Shown piece after piece: positions 38,852-39,861 of a stretch of DNA of 39,861 nucleotides. The stretch spans positions 1 through 39,861 of the IMG/VR virus record IMGVR_UViG_3300048583_000181. One strand, given 5' to 3'. Every line of letters begins with the position of its first letter. Position 1 is the first letter of the stretch. The translations under genes and the position numbers were made by a program. The notes under the pieces are model-generated. The model was given only the letters and a program-made list of their open reading frames with translations, made no database searches and had not been told where the DNA came from. This DNA is from a virus.

Positions 38852-39861
38852 CAGGCGGCGACCTTTTCCTTTGACCTGGCAGTGGCTGCGGCCATTTTCA
38901 AGCTGTGATTATGGGATGCAAATTGAGCTTTCTGCGCCATTTCCTGACCCTGCAAGACGATTTCCTGCTTACGGAGTTCAAGCTCCTGGCGTTTGATGTC
39001 GAATTCCAGTTGCATTTCCTGCATACGAATGTTGGCTTCGGCTTGGGCAAGTTGGAACTCCAGCCGCATCTTCTCAATTTCAGATTTCTGTTTCGCGGCT
39101 TCCCATTCCAATTTCTGTTTTTCCGATGCAACTTTTGCTTCCGCTGCCGGGTCAGCCTGGGGCTGCGGAGCCCGCATCTTCATCAGCTCATCTTCCAACT
39201 GGCTGCCAAAAGTGTATCGACGAGAGACGGCGAGCATCATCTGCTGCGCAACTTCAAACGGCAGCACCCCGCGCTCAATCAACGGAGCGACGCCGTTGAG
39301 GAATTGACTCAAGGAATTAAGCAACTCGGAAATGTCCCGCTTATCCTGCGTCGCTTCGACATCGACAGTCGAATTGGTTTCGATGTCCACGCGGTAACTG
39401 CGGGCAACTTCATTTTTCAGCAGGCCAAGAACCTCTTCCCAAGTCGGCTTACCCATCATTTCGATAATTTCCGGCGGGGGAGGGGGTGGCGGGGGAAGTT
39501 GCTGACCGGTTGCCGCGGCTTGCTGCGCAGCCATCTTCATCTGCTGAACCTGCGCCTGCACTTGCTGCTTTTCCGCCGCGGTCGGCAGTTGCAATCCGGT
39601 CATCTGCTTGATCGTTTCCGGCGAGAACTGCTGCACCGCGATCTCCAGCATGATACGGAGGGAGTCCCGGCAATACCGTTGAGCCTCCTTCTGCATCTTT
39701 TTCAGTCGGAGAGTCCCCCACTGGTTTTTGATGTTCTGCGCGGTCGCGGTTTCGCTGGCGACGGAGTTCCCGCGGAGAATGTCAGAGACGCCGGTGATTT
39801 CGTAGATGACCTGCTTGCACTGTTCGCGCTGGAGGTAGAGCGCCTGCACCACCTGCGCCAC
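38851..39861 (-). CDS. Portal protein, C-terminal part (continues from 1..1207)
   Basis: The frame runs off the window end, and its first residues duplicate the translation of bases 1..127. It contains a P8 run and a long Q/E/K/A-rich helical tail. Confidence 0.85.
   Translation of the reverse strand: MAQVVQALYLQREQCKQVIYEITGVSDILRGNSVASETATAQNIKNQWGTLRLKKMQKEAQRYCRDSLRIMLEIAVQQFSPETIKQMTGLQLPTAAEKQQVQAQVQQMKMAAQQAAATGQQLPPPPPPPPEIIEMMGKPTWEEVLGLLKNEVARSYRVDIETNSTVDVEATQDKRDISELLNSLSQFLNGVAPLIERGVLPFEVAQQMMLAVSRRYTFGSQLEDELMKMRAPQPQADPAAEAKVASEKQKLEWEAAKQKSEIEKMRLEFQLAQAEANIRMQEMQLEFDIKRQELELRKQEIVLQGQEMAQKAQFASHNHSLKMAAATARSKEKVAA
39735..39861. repeat. Right copy of the 127-bp exact terminal direct repeat (same as 1..127).
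   Basis: Read directly; identical to 1..127. Confidence 0.95.

Noticed and set aside
1-39861. Lysogeny module, diversity-generating retroelement, phage RNA polymerase and primase.
   Set aside because: I found no integrase, recombinase, repressor, reverse transcriptase, template/variable repeat pair, single-subunit RNAP or primase motifs in any frame. Their absence is judged by eye only and should be confirmed with profile searches.

Overview
The window is a complete tailed-phage genome. Its first 127 bases are identical to its last 127, so the contig closes on itself, and the unique length is 39,734 bp. The portal gene is split across the window ends. The structural module follows podovirus (T7-like) order, but I saw no RNA polymerase, integrase, repressor, tRNA or CRISPR array.

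Layout:
- Plus-strand early/replication arm: predicted promoter at 6039..6067 through to 22034.
- Minus-strand late arm: predicted promoter at 3338..3367, then terS, terL and portal, across the junction through the capsid, tail, internal-virion, fibre and lysis-like genes, ending at 22031. The two arms converge there.
- Small minus-strand cassette: 5750 down to 4467.
- A roughly 1-kb non-coding, repeat-dense, G-run-rich region: 3368..4406.

Main finding: three canonical type II hammerhead self-cleaving ribozymes lie at 6295..6346, 6693..6750 and 7008..7059 on the plus strand. They sit between the first small ORFs of the early operon. Two of them directly abut the stop codon of the upstream ORF.

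Other notable points:
- A family-A DNA polymerase with a UDG-like N-terminus is split into two ORFs just before motif A.
- Two free-standing HNH endonuclease genes lie next to the polymerase and portal genes.
- An SF1 helicase C-terminal remnant is present.
- A paralogous gene pair shares a conserved C-terminal peptide with a third small ORF.
- One protein ends in an SSB-like DLPF tail.
- A GNAT-like gene sits inside the tail/internal-virion block.
- A dispersed CCGCGGGGAT inverted-repeat family occurs in intergenic regions.
- Terminator-RBS modules are repeated in tandem on the minus strand.

All functional calls come from motifs I recognised by eye; no database search was run.
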